Assembly (NCBI GenBank): GCA_963667035.1 | Contig: OY762964.1 | Coordinates: 320,001 to 384,000 of the forward strand | Reading direction: 5' to 3' | DNA length: 64,000 nucleotides | Origin: Candidatus Cloacimonadales bacterium | Lineage (GTDB): Bacteria; Cloacimonadota; Cloacimonadia; Cloacimonadales; JAFGVF01 | Shown here: piece after piece, positions 38,076 through 51,971 of the stretch | Layout: each line of letters opens with the position of its first letter | Position numbering within the stretch: position 1 is the first letter of the stretch | Position numbers and translations under genes: made by a program | Notes under the pieces: generated by a model | What the model saw: only the letters and a program-made list of their open reading frames with translations | What the model was told of the DNA's origin: nothing | The model's database searches: none

Positions 38076-39233
38076 ATGAGAAGATTGATTAGTTTTTTAG
38101 AATCGCAAGAAAACTCGAACTTGATTAAACAAATAGGGGATGAATATCCGTTAAGTATAAATAGATTAGAATACTACACTAGAACTTATCCCGAGTTTCC
38201 GATAAAAGAATATCTTACGTTGTTAAGAATTCGTAGCAAAGTCTCTAAAAGAATACATTTTTCTGACAAGCTTTTGTTTACTGAAAAGGGAGCAATGCAA
38301 TCAAGTTCATCAACCTTAGCCAAATTTCATGCAGACTTGTTTAAAGACTATGGTATAATTGCTGATTTATGCTGTGGTTGTGGAATTGACCTCATAGAAT
38401 TGAGTAAACAAAAAGAACAATGTATAGCTGTTGATTGGGATGAAGAAACTCTTGAATGTGCTAAATTCAATTGTAAATCACTTGGAATTGATAATGTTAC
38501 TTTCTCATGTACCAAAGCTGAAGATTTCGATTCAGCTGTTGAAGCAATATTTGCCGATCCGGATAGAAGACCTGTGAGCAAAAGAACATTCTCTGCAGAG
38601 CAAATCTCCCCTTCATTATCCGAACTCCTCAAGCTACAATCGATTACTCCAAACCTAGCTGTTAAACTTTCACCAATCATGGATTACAAGAACCTGGTAT
38701 TACCAGAAAGAACAACGCTACTCTTTGTTTCGGAAGATGGAACAATGAAAGAGATTCTTTTAGTATCTGGTGAGTTAGCTACAGAATCTATAAGTCGCAT
38801 AGCGATACAATTACCTTCTGATAACAGATTCCAACAAACAAACAACAAAGTATCCGTTACTGATATAAAGGATTATCTTTTTGAGCCTGATTCTGCAATC
38901 ATTAGAAGTGGTATGGTTCAAGATTTAGCATTTCAAGAACAAATGACTTTGATTGACTCTCATCTTGCCATACTAACATCCGATAAAGCTATGCATAGTA
39001 ACTGGTATAAGAGTTTTAAAGTTTTGCATATCATGTCATATAACCGAAAACAGTTTCAAAAGTATCTTACAGCAAACAACATAGGAGATATTACAATTAA
39101 GCCTAGAGGTTTTCCGGAAGAAACTGAAAAATTCAAAAAAAAGCTCAAGTTAAAGGGAAGTAATTCTACTACTTGTTTCATACTAAGAATAGGCTCAGGT
39201 CATACTGTTGCTTTTGTAGAAAGAATAAGTTAA
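38076..39233 (+). CDS. Class I SAM-dependent methyltransferase with C-terminal THUMP-like domain
   Basis: MQSSS, ADLCCGCGID, FADPDRR, VKLSP, YLFEPDSAIIRSG. Confidence 0.8.
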   Translation: MRRLISFLESQENSNLIKQIGDEYPLSINRLEYYTRTYPEFPIKEYLTLLRIRSKVSKRIHFSDKLLFTEKGAMQSSSSTLAKFHADLFKDYGIIADLCCGCGIDLIELSKQKEQCIAVDWDEETLECAKFNCKSLGIDNVTFSCTKAEDFDSAVEAIFADPDRRPVSKRTFSAEQISPSLSELLKLQSITPNLAVKLSPIMDYKNLVLPERTTLLFVSEDGTMKEILLVSGELATESISRIAIQLPSDNRFQQTNNKVSVTDIKDYLFEPDSAIIRSGMVQDLAFQEQMTLIDSHLAILTSDKAMHSNWYKSFKVLHIMSYNRKQFQKYLTANNIGDITIKPRGFPEETEKFKKKLKLKGSNSTTCFILRIGSGHTVAFVERIS

Positions 39234-39284
39234 GTATAATTATTTCTATTGACTCTTAATAGCCAAATAAATTTTAATAAAGCC

Positions 39285-39881
39285 ATGATAAATAAATCTA
39301 AAGTACGTTACAAAATAATAGCAATTATTATTTTAATTACAGGATTATCGGGATGTGATATCTTTAAACCAAGAAAATCTGAAGAACCAACCCAGCCTCA
39401 AAAATGGAATGAATTCTTCACAGCTTGGGAATTAACACTTGAGAATCTTGAATTTGCTTATGAAGATAAGCGTAATAAAGATAATTATGTCCAGATTCTA
39501 ACAGAAGACTTCGAGTTCTATATGGATGATAATGATGCTTTAGATTTAGGTTTAAACAAACAATACTCTTGGGATAGGCAATCCGAGTTAAATCTACTTG
39601 AGAATATGCATGCCTATTTATCCGATACTAATGGAAACTTTGATATAATGTTCTCTGTTGAGAACTCGTCAGCTAGTGGTGTAAATGAAATGGAAGTTGA
39701 TGTAACATACGATATATTGATAACGGCAAACGCTGACTCAACTGCTGCTTTTAATGGTAATGCTACAATTTATTTTGAAGAAGACAGCGGTTATTGGTAT
39801 CTTAAGAAATTCTATGATTCCAGGAATAGTGAGCCGACTAATCCCACTTGGGGCAAGATGAAGTATGAATATGTTCAGTAA
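39285..39881 (+). CDS. Lipoprotein of unknown function (NTF2/SnoaL-like fold likely), paralog 1
   Basis: Lipobox LSGC; LENLEFAY..Y..L.EDFEF...W.R..E pattern shared with the next gene; ATG 39285 preferred. Confidence 0.65.
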   Translation: MINKSKVRYKIIAIIILITGLSGCDIFKPRKSEEPTQPQKWNEFFTAWELTLENLEFAYEDKRNKDNYVQILTEDFEFYMDDNDALDLGLNKQYSWDRQSELNLLENMHAYLSDTNGNFDIMFSVENSSASGVNEMEVDVTYDILITANADSTAAFNGNATIYFEEDSGYWYLKKFYDSRNSEPTNPTWGKMKYEYVQ

Positions 39882-40461
39882 ATTGATTAAGATTATGATA
39901 ATCATTACAAGCATGTTCATTTATGCATGTGAGGAGAATCCTTTTAATCCCAAGACCATAGAAATAATTGAAACATCCAATGATTACGATTTTTCAACTC
40001 CAACCATGGTTATTGAGAATCTTGTTCGATCTTACGAGCAGAAGAATCTTGATCTTTTTAAGAGTTGTTTAGCTCAGGAATTCAGATTCGAATTGATTGC
40101 ATCTGATGCGGATGATATCGGTATAGATATGGATGGTGACGGTATCAAAGATAGTTGGTGGGGATATCAACAAGAAGTTTTAACACATGAGAATCTTTTC
40201 GAAAAAGGTGCAAACGGTTATCCTCCTCCGGATCAGATAACTCTACAGATTCCTACCGGACAGATTATTTGGAGTGATGATTCTGAGTTTCAAGAGGAAG
40301 GTTACCTTTACACAGATATTAGATTTAATCTATCCCTTCAATTCAATACAGGTCAATCATTCAATGCCAGTGGACGCGTGAGATTTTATGTTCTAAATAC
40401 AGGAACAGATGTAGACCCTCGATGGAGGATTATCATCTGGAGAGATAATTCTTGGTTGTAA
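39865..40461 (+). CDS. Lipoprotein of unknown function, paralog 2
   Basis: Lipobox IYAC; IENLVRSY..F..CL..EFRF, DMDGDG Ca-binding-like loop, W....E...LF, WRIIIWRD. Confidence 0.65.
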   Translation: MNMFSKLIKIMIIITSMFIYACEENPFNPKTIEIIETSNDYDFSTPTMVIENLVRSYEQKNLDLFKSCLAQEFRFELIASDADDIGIDMDGDGIKDSWWGYQQEVLTHENLFEKGANGYPPPDQITLQIPTGQIIWSDDSEFQEEGYLYTDIRFNLSLQFNTGQSFNASGRVRFYVLNTGTDVDPRWRIIIWRDNSWL

Positions 40462-40467
40462 ACTCTT

Positions 40468-40884
40468 ATGTATAGTAGAATATTAGCAATTGATTACGGT
40501 GAAAAAAGAATAGGCTTAGCCTTAACAGACCTTATGCAAATGTTTGCAAAACCCTTCAAGACAATACCTAATGAAGGAAATAAGAAGACAATAGTTGCTA
40601 TAATGGATATCATCAAAGAGAAAGATGTCAGCCTGGTTGTTTTAGGACTCCCTTTAGGCCTTGAAGGACAACATACGGATAAGACAAGGGAAATTCTTGC
40701 TTTTCATGAGATTCTTAAAGAATCTCTGGAAACTCCAATTACTTTATGGGATGAGCGTCTTACCACCTATGAAGCTAAACAAGAATTGATAAAAATGGGA
40801 TATAATCCCATTAAGGGAAGAGAGATTATTGATGCTGTTGCAGCATATATGATATTGAGGAATTATTTAAAGGCAAATCAATAA
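40468..40884 (+). CDS. ruvX: Holliday junction resolvase-like / pre-16S rRNA nuclease YqgF
   Basis: LAIDYGEKRIGLA, VLGLP, WDERLTT, IDAVAA..IL..YL. Confidence 0.95.
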   Translation: MYSRILAIDYGEKRIGLALTDLMQMFAKPFKTIPNEGNKKTIVAIMDIIKEKDVSLVVLGLPLGLEGQHTDKTREILAFHEILKESLETPITLWDERLTTYEAKQELIKMGYNPIKGREIIDAVAAYMILRNYLKANQ

Positions 40885-41880
40885 ATGGACAAACGAAACG
40901 GATTTATACTTACAACAGCCATCATCTTGGCTGTTTTTCTTATTCTGGCAATACTATTGAGTGTACCAAGAAGTATCAAAAGAACTACTTTAATTATCAA
41001 TAAAGGTGATTCGGCAGGATTGATTGCTAAGAAACTTGCTGACAAAGGATTAATACGTTCGACATTTGTTTTCAGGCTTACTGCTACCATTACAAGAAAA
41101 GATAGAGAGCTGAAACCGGGACGCTACATTTTTGAGACTGAATCTAATGCTTTCATTGCTCTTGATAAAATATCATCCGGTGACTATGAGTTAATTTCCA
41201 TCACAATACCGGAAGGATTATCATTAGATAAGACTTTAACCAAAGTATCCAATTCATTGGATATCCCTTTCGGTGAGCTAAAAGATTTAGCTACAAATCC
41301 GTTGATTTGCAATAAACTCACAGGCATAAATGTTAATACTCTTGAAGGATTCTTATATCCGGAAACTTACCATTTTGAGGAGAATACCTCAGCACTTCAA
41401 GTCTTAACGGTAATGGTCAATCTTGCCAAGAAGGAGTTCCGTAAAGTAGAAATCGGTAGCATTAACTATTTAGATTATTATCAATCTCTTATCCTTGCTT
41501 CTATAGTTGAACTGGAAGCAAAAGACTCTTCAGAAATGCCAATCATTGCAGACGTATATATTAAAAGGCTTCAGAAAGGAATAAAACTTGGAGCTAGTCC
41601 AACGGTTCAATATCTACTAGAGCAAGAAGGCAAAAGAAGAAAATTCCTCTATTACAAAGATACAGAAATAGAATCCCCTTATAATACATATTTGAATTAT
41701 GGATTACCTCCAACTCCTATTTGCAGTCCTTCTGCAAATGCTATTAGAGCAGTTATTAAACCAACTCGAACAGATTATTTGTATTTCTTTGCAGATGGAA
41801 ATGGTAAACACATATTTACCAAATCCTATCAAGAACATCTGAATATGCGTAAACAGCATAAAATGAAAGGAAACAGATAG
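40885..41880 (+). CDS. mltG: Endolytic transglycosylase MltG
   Basis: ITIPEG, LEGFLYPETY, ILASIVELE, SPYNTY..GLPPTPI, YLYF..DG.G.H.F. Confidence 0.92.
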   Translation: MDKRNGFILTTAIILAVFLILAILLSVPRSIKRTTLIINKGDSAGLIAKKLADKGLIRSTFVFRLTATITRKDRELKPGRYIFETESNAFIALDKISSGDYELISITIPEGLSLDKTLTKVSNSLDIPFGELKDLATNPLICNKLTGINVNTLEGFLYPETYHFEENTSALQVLTVMVNLAKKEFRKVEIGSINYLDYYQSLILASIVELEAKDSSEMPIIADVYIKRLQKGIKLGASPTVQYLLEQEGKRRKFLYYKDTEIESPYNTYLNYGLPPTPICSPSANAIRAVIKPTRTDYLYFFADGNGKHIFTKSYQEHLNMRKQHKMKGNR

Positions 41881-42089
41881 ACCTTATAGCCAGTCTGTTT
41901 ACCTGTATAATTCCCCAACTAGTAGTAAGTTATAAAAACAAATATTGACTTATTATTACGATTCCAAACTAATGACATACCTCTTCGCAAGCCAAAGTAC
42001 GCAAACTGTCGAAGAGAGTTTTTCGTGAAGATTACTACTATAATAACTCCCTTTAGCAGTTATCTTCTGACGACATTACTGGAGGAATT

Positions 42090-43301
42090 ATGCCTACATT
42101 TGACACAGGCTCAACTGGTTTCATGCTTGTTGCAACCAGCCTTGTGATGCTTATGACTCCCGGACTAGCCTTTTTCTACGGTGGTCTTGCATCAAAACGT
42201 AACATTCTCGGAATTATGATTCAGAGTTTCGTATCTCTTGGAATCACAACAATGATGTGGTATTCAATCGGTTATTCCCTTTGCTTTAGTGGCACAGGAC
42301 CAATAATCGGTAATTTAGAACACATCTTCTTAAGAGGAATTGATACTTTCACTCCTTTTGGTGACGGTGCAATACCATTATTACTTTTCATATCATATCA
42401 AATGATGTTTGCGATTATTACACCTGCTCTTATCACAGGTGCCTTTACTGGTCGTGTCTCATTTAAAGCTTACCTAATTTTCCTTGTTTTATGGCAATTA
42501 CTTGTTTATTATCCCTTCGTACACATGATATGGGGTGGCGGTATATTGGCTCAATGGGGCGTAATGGACTTTGCAGGTGGCATAGTTGTTCACGTTACTG
42601 CAGGTTTTGCCGCTCTAGCTTCTGTTTTCTTTGTCGGCTCTCGACTGGATAAAAACTCTAAACCTAATAGCATACCACTTGTTGCAATTGGTACCGGTCT
42701 CTTATGGTTTGGATGGTATGGTTTTAACGCAGGTAGTGAGTTAAGAGTAGATAATATTACTGCTCTTGCTTTCTTAAATACTGACGTTGCCGCTTCTTTT
42801 GCAACCGTAACCTGGTTGATTATTGAATGGAAATTAACAGGTAAACCAAAATTCGTTGGCTTAATGACAGGAGCTGTTGCAGGTTTGGCTACTATCACTC
42901 CGGCAGCTGGTTTCATCCCCGTATGGGCTGCCGCAATAGTTGGTGTAGTTGCAAGTAGTGTTTGTTACATAGCTGTTCATATTAAGAACAAACGCGGTTG
43001 GGATGATGCCTTAGACGTTTGGGGTGTTCATGGAGTCGGTGGATTCATTGGTACCATTATGCTTGGTATTTTTGCTTCTCATTCCATAAATAGTAACATC
43101 ACAGACGGATTAATCAACGGCAACCCCGGTTTCTTACTAAAACAGATAGTAGCAACTGTCGGTGCGGCTATTTATGCATATCTATTTACTTACTTAATGT
43201 TGTGGTTAATTAACAAAATCACTCCGGTTAGAGTCTCAGAAGCTGAAGAAAAAGCCGGTCTCGATAATTCACAACATCAAGAAGAAGCTTATACAGATTA
43301 G
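42090..43301 (+). CDS. amt: Ammonium transporter
   Basis: LMTPGLAFFYGG, QMMFAIITPAL, DFAGG.VVH, LLWFGWYGFNAGS, DDALDVWGVHG; twin His intact. Confidence 0.97.
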   Translation: MPTFDTGSTGFMLVATSLVMLMTPGLAFFYGGLASKRNILGIMIQSFVSLGITTMMWYSIGYSLCFSGTGPIIGNLEHIFLRGIDTFTPFGDGAIPLLLFISYQMMFAIITPALITGAFTGRVSFKAYLIFLVLWQLLVYYPFVHMIWGGGILAQWGVMDFAGGIVVHVTAGFAALASVFFVGSRLDKNSKPNSIPLVAIGTGLLWFGWYGFNAGSELRVDNITALAFLNTDVAASFATVTWLIIEWKLTGKPKFVGLMTGAVAGLATITPAAGFIPVWAAAIVGVVASSVCYIAVHIKNKRGWDDALDVWGVHGVGGFIGTIMLGIFASHSINSNITDGLINGNPGFLLKQIVATVGAAIYAYLFTYLMLWLINKITPVRVSEAEEKAGLDNSQHQEEAYTD

Positions 43302-43394
43302 TTTTTTCTGAGTAGGTAAGGGAGTTAACCGACTCAAAACAATTTCACTGCACAGCAGGTTTATCCTGCTGTGCCTATCTCTTTTAGGCTTATT

Positions 43395-45233
43395 ATGAAC
43401 TTACAACACATGAAAATGCAGATATTCGAGCTGGGATTGTTGATTCTGGTTGCTTATGTTTGTGGTCTGCTAGCTAAGAAAATCAAAGTTGGTGCTGTAA
43501 TAGGACAAATATTCGGCGGCATACTTGTAGGACCTCATTTCTTGGAGCTACTACATAAGTTTTTTATTAATCACCAACAATGGTCTCATCTTGCATTCTT
43601 TAAACCTATATATTTCTTTTACCGAAACGGTTTCTCCGAATACAGCGAAATACTGGAAAGTTATCACTTTTTCGTGTTTCTTTTCTTGGGGCTCATAGCA
43701 TTCTCAATTGGAGAGGAACTTCATAGAGACAGGCTAAAACAGGTTGGTTTTAAAGCATTCATTATCTGCATGATACAAGGCTTTCTAACCTTCTTCCTTA
43801 TTGCCTTCGGATTTAGATTCCTCTTCGGATTCCCTTGGATTGTTTCTTTAATCATAGGATCAATAGGTATTGCAACAGCACCTGCCTTGACTTTTATTTT
43901 AATGTCAAAGCTGAAGATAACTGGAAGGTTAAAGCAACTTCTTGCGAATATTGTCGTTCTGGATGATATTTTAGAAGTGGTAATGTTTTCTATATTTCTA
44001 AGTATCGCAATGGCACAGCAGACTTCTCACGATATTTCCGGATTTCATATAATGAAGGAAGTTATACTTGAGCTAGTACTTGCCATAGGAATCGGTACTG
44101 TTATCTTCTTGATTCTTAAACTCACCATAAGAGAAAGAAGCAAGGATAACGAAGAAGTAGATGAAGAAGGTTCTTTTCTATCTACGGTTCTATCACAACA
44201 TCCAACCCCATCGGTTGAGATTCTCCTGATAGTACTTGCAATTGTTGCAATCGGTATTTCAGTGGCGATTCATTTCAATTTACCATTCCTTATCACTGCC
44301 GTGACTGCCGGTTTCCTTATCTCAAATCTTCACAATAATGCTATCTTTGATTCTTTGAAGATTGAAAATGTGATGCCTATCATGAATCTGTTGTTCTTTG
44401 CAATAATCGGAGCTAGTGTAAGACTAGAAAGTTTCTCGAAAGAGACAATTCTCTATGTTGCAGGATACATTGTATTCAGGTCAGCAGGTAAACTTATCGG
44501 TAACTGGAGTGGTGCTAGAATGACCGGACAAGATCCGAAGATTACCGCTGCTTTACCAAAACTAATGTTGCCTCAAGCCGGTATGGCTGCTGTTGAAACA
44601 ATACTCGTAGCTTCTGTACTTAAAGTTAACGGAGAGATTATATTTAATACCATTATCCCTGCATTAGTCGTATTCGAATTAGGTGGGGCCTATCTTTCTG
44701 AGAAAACACTAATCAAGTGGAAGAATGTTTCATTGGGAGAAAAAGAAGCTTTGAAACAAGCCGTAACAGATAAAAATCCAAATAGTTTATCATCCTTAAT
44801 CGGAGATAGAGTTATCCGAATGATGGCAAATACAAAACAAGAAGCTCTTTTTGAACTTGCACAAGTATTTGTACGCAAAGGTATCATTATGGAAACAGCC
44901 GACGTAACTCCTGCTCTACTCCAAAGAGAAAAACTCTCAAGTACTGCTATAGGGCGTGGAGTTGCAATCCCGCATTGTAGAATACCTCACATCGAGCAGA
45001 CTATGATTGTTTGTGGAATTTCTACAAATGGTATAGACTGGAAATGTCCTGACGGTCAGGATGTAAACGTTATGTTTCTCATTCTTACTCCGGAGACAAA
45101 GCCTCAGGAGCATCTCAAAGCTCTTTCTCTTATAGCATCTGTTGCAAAGAGAAACAACTTTGTTAAGGAACTTACGGAAGCCGTTACTACTAAGAATGAA
45201 CAAAAATGGCGTGAGATAATGACAATCTCGTAA
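43395..45233 (+). CDS. Cation:proton antiporter fused to a C-terminal PTS EIIA domain
   Basis: Multi-TM CPA domain (IATAPA, VVLDD, LFFAIIGA, LPQAG); EIIA motif REKLSSTAIGRGVAIPHCR, GIDW..PDG, HLKALS. Confidence 0.85.
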   Translation: MNLQHMKMQIFELGLLILVAYVCGLLAKKIKVGAVIGQIFGGILVGPHFLELLHKFFINHQQWSHLAFFKPIYFFYRNGFSEYSEILESYHFFVFLFLGLIAFSIGEELHRDRLKQVGFKAFIICMIQGFLTFFLIAFGFRFLFGFPWIVSLIIGSIGIATAPALTFILMSKLKITGRLKQLLANIVVLDDILEVVMFSIFLSIAMAQQTSHDISGFHIMKEVILELVLAIGIGTVIFLILKLTIRERSKDNEEVDEEGSFLSTVLSQHPTPSVEILLIVLAIVAIGISVAIHFNLPFLITAVTAGFLISNLHNNAIFDSLKIENVMPIMNLLFFAIIGASVRLESFSKETILYVAGYIVFRSAGKLIGNWSGARMTGQDPKITAALPKLMLPQAGMAAVETILVASVLKVNGEIIFNTIIPALVVFELGGAYLSEKTLIKWKNVSLGEKEALKQAVTDKNPNSLSSLIGDRVIRMMANTKQEALFELAQVFVRKGIIMETADVTPALLQREKLSSTAIGRGVAIPHCRIPHIEQTMIVCGISTNGIDWKCPDGQDVNVMFLILTPETKPQEHLKALSLIASVAKRNNFVKELTEAVTTKNEQKWREIMTIS

Positions 45234-45250
45234 TTTAGAATTATACAAAT

Positions 45251-45284
45251 ATAGGGAGTTTCATAAACAGAAACTCCCTATTTT
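45251..45284 (+). terminator. Intrinsic terminator after the antiporter gene
   Basis: ATAGGGAGTTTC / GAAACTCCCTAT followed by a T-run. Confidence 0.8.
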
Positions 45285-45536
45285 ATTATACTGACATATT
45301 CCTACAATATCTTGAAGAGTATTTATTATTCATAAATCCATGGTAAAGCTCATTCCTACTTCGGATTGTAAAGTCCTGATGCAGGTAGACACTTTTTATC
45401 ATGGATAACTTTCTTAACTTACCCACATTTCATACCACGACTATTGGAGCTTGAATGAGGAGCTCCATTAGCCGTGTATTGTGGATAAGTTCTCTAAAGA
45501 ACGAAAGTTGTCCACAATATGGTTTTACTTGCATGA

Positions 45537-46361
45537 CTAAGATGCAAGTGCATTATTATAAAATTCATTAGGTGTTTTAAGCTTTAGTGCACAATGCAAG
45601 CGTTTATTGTTGTAAAGATAAACTGCATCGGCGACTACTTTCCTAGCTTGTTCTATATCTCTGAATTTATCTCTCAAATAAAACTCATACTTTATAGTCC
45701 TATTGATTCTCTCGGCTATTGCATTGTCGTAGCATTTGTTAGGACCGGTCATGCTTATATCTACTCCACACTCTTGCAATCGATTAGTATAGATTCCTGA
45801 AGTGTATTGAGAACCTTTATCAGAGTGGTGTATCAAGCCGGGTGCAGGCTTGATACTCTTATAAGCTTTATTGAAGGTTGCAAGTGTACTTTCTGCCGTC
45901 ATGTCTTTCTGTACTGTAAAACCCACAATCTTACGACTGTAATAGTCTGTCATTATTGATAGATAGCAATGCTTGCCATTTACTAACTGCAAATAGGTTA
46001 TATCTGTTACCCAAACCTGATTAGGTCGAGTTACTGTCAGATTCTCTAATAAATTTGGATATACTTGATGATCCGGGTCAGAGACAGATGTATATACCTT
46101 ACGAGGTTTATGTTTAAACAACAAACCTTGAGCTCTGAGTGTATCAAAAAGTTTATCGCGTCCAACTGTGATTGGAACTCCATATTCAGGATCAAGAAGA
46201 TGCTCCTGCAATTTACGACCTCCGGTCTCCGGAATTTCTGAACGTATAACCATAACTTTAGAGATTACCTTTTCTTCAAAATCTATCTTTTGCTCTAAGG
46301 CTTTCTTCTCTTTGTAATAGCTTTTTCGGCTGCATCCAAGTGTACCGTCCTTCCTATGCAA
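45537..46361 (-). CDS. IS3 OrfB transposase (complete DDE core)
   Basis: LGCSRKSYYK, WVTDITY, HHSDKGSQY, NAIAERINRTIKYE, YNNKRLHCAL..TP; -1 frame relative to orfA; true start unclear. Confidence 0.9.
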   Translation of the reverse strand: MHRKDGTLGCSRKSYYKEKKALEQKIDFEEKVISKVMVIRSEIPETGGRKLQEHLLDPEYGVPITVGRDKLFDTLRAQGLLFKHKPRKVYTSVSDPDHQVYPNLLENLTVTRPNQVWVTDITYLQLVNGKHCYLSIMTDYYSRKIVGFTVQKDMTAESTLATFNKAYKSIKPAPGLIHHSDKGSQYTSGIYTNRLQECGVDISMTGPNKCYDNAIAERINRTIKYEFYLRDKFRDIEQARKVVADAVYLYNNKRLHCALKLKTPNEFYNNALAS

Positions 46362-46522
46362 TCATTTATTCCGTATTCATTAATCCAACGTTTCAAAGTA
46401 GAGGAGCCACCTATGTTGTAAATAGTTCTTGCTTGGGAGATAGTTAGGACTCCATCTTCAATTTCTTTAACTACTTTGCATTTAAATACTTCACTATAAC
46501 ATAATGCTGTTTTCTGTTTCAT
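46295..46522 (-). CDS. IS3 OrfA (HTH), probably shortened by internal deletion
   Basis: Near-identical to 1820-2065 and 26574-26755. Confidence 0.75.
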   Translation of the reverse strand: MKQKTALCYSEVFKCKVVKEIEDGVLTISQARTIYNIGGSSTLKRWINEYGINDCIGRTVHLDAAEKAITKRRKP

Positions 46523-46588
46523 TTTCTGTAAACCTTTAATTTCTCTCAGTTATATATGTGTCTACTTTATTTAGGACGATGTAATCTA

Positions 46589-46740
46589 TCCTTTTGCACG
46601 TCCACCAACCGGGGGTTTCTCTCGGGTTAGTCTCCCGTTGCTCTCCCGTTGGTCTCCCGTTGCGAGCAACGGGAGAGAAACGAGATAGAAATGAGAGAGA
46701 ATCTTGAAAGAAATCCGTAGTTGGACGGATTACTAAAGGA
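46589..46740 (-). repeat. ~150-bp dispersed element, copy 3 (3 x 11-bp units)
   Basis: TCTCCCGTTG(C/G) x3 at 46631-46663 plus inverted arm 46666-46676; ends TCCTTTTGCACGTCCACCAACC / AGTTGGACGGATTACTAAAGGA. Confidence 0.9.
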
Positions 46741-47101
46741 GTGAAAAAAGAACAAAGCAGATTGATAATTATGACAAATTACGAATAGGAATTGATTAAG
46801 ATTGAGAATGGAATTTAATCCTATTATTAAAGCGTTATATCATGTATTAGATATTAAGTAAATACTATATATAAAAGCACTTTTCTCGAGGCACAAAATT
46901 CTTTGTTAAAGAGCTAAACCTGAGGGCATGAGAGAAAATGAAGAAAAAATGAGAAAAACAGAAAATGAAAGCTAAAATGGGGTTAAGAAAGAGCTATAAA
47001 AGTGTTAAAGATAAAAATAAAATCAGTTACATAACTCAATGCTAAAAAGAAAGTAAATATAAATGTGTGTCCACATACGAATAAAAAAGATGCTTTTTTT
47101 A

Positions 47102-47129
47102 TTGACTCTAAAAGGGGTCTCATTAGGTT
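47102..47129 (+). promoter_or_regulatory. Probable rRNA operon promoter
   Basis: TTGACT-N16-TAGGTT preceded by an A/T-tract UP-like region. Confidence 0.55.
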
Positions 47130-47233
47130 GTCGAAACACTTGTGAAACGGATGCGGAAACGCGGAAGTTAGACAGGTTGATCTTTAAGAAGTCAGAAATA
47201 GTGAGTGAATAATAAGCCAACAAGTCAATTATG

Positions 47234-48779
<1,546 letters not shown>

Positions 48780-48928
48780 TAAAGGTGTATAAAGCGATGA
48801 ATCTTTTAATCAGATTCCATTGCAATAATTAAAAATGTTCGGTAAGTTGTTCACTCACTTTTATAAATTTTAAAGTTTTTAGATCTAACAAAGTGAAATA
48901 CGTGGGATAGAGTGTATAGAGGATATTC

Positions 48929-51803
<2,875 letters not shown>

Positions 51804-51854
51804 AAACTTTATATACTCTATCCCAGCAAATATAGTCGCAAAGCAGCGGCTGAA

Positions 51855-51971
51855 GATGGTGGCAATTGCGGTGATGATACACCTGTACCCATTCCGAACA
51901 CAGCAGTTAAGCTCACCAGCGTCGATGGTACTGCATTGGCAACGATGTGGGAGAGTAGATCGCCGCCATCT
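51855..51971 (+). rRNA. rrf: 5S rRNA (ends approximate)
   Basis: TGGTGGC...CACCTGTACCCATTCCGAACACAGCAGTTAAGC...GATGGTACTGC...GGGAGAGTAG..CGCCGCCA. Confidence 0.97.

Larger units (their letters stand above)
45367..46583 (-). mobile_element. IS3-family insertion sequence, copy 3, both terminal inverted repeats present (1217 bp)
   Basis: IRR TGTAAAGTCCTGATGCAGGTAGACAC (45367-45392); IRL TACATCGTCCTAAATAAAGTAGACAC (46583-46558); orfA and orfB inside. Confidence 0.92.

Noticed and set aside
41981..42020. c-di-GMP-I riboswitch upstream of amt (GCAAA motifs)
   Set aside because: Lacks the GNRA tetraloop/receptor two-stem architecture; kept only as a generic candidate leader.
45400..45516. Chromosomal replication origin
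   Set aside because: The DnaA-box-like motifs lie inside the IS terminal repeats, and there is no dnaA/dnaN context.
45361..46590. Target-site duplication for IS3 copy 3
   Set aside because: Flanks (CGGAT / ATCTA) share at most 2 nt; no convincing 3-4 bp duplication.
48780..48928. tRNA in the 16S-23S spacer
   Set aside because: The spacer is ~150 bp and is accounted for by the 16S and 23S processing stems; no cloverleaf or T-loop motif.
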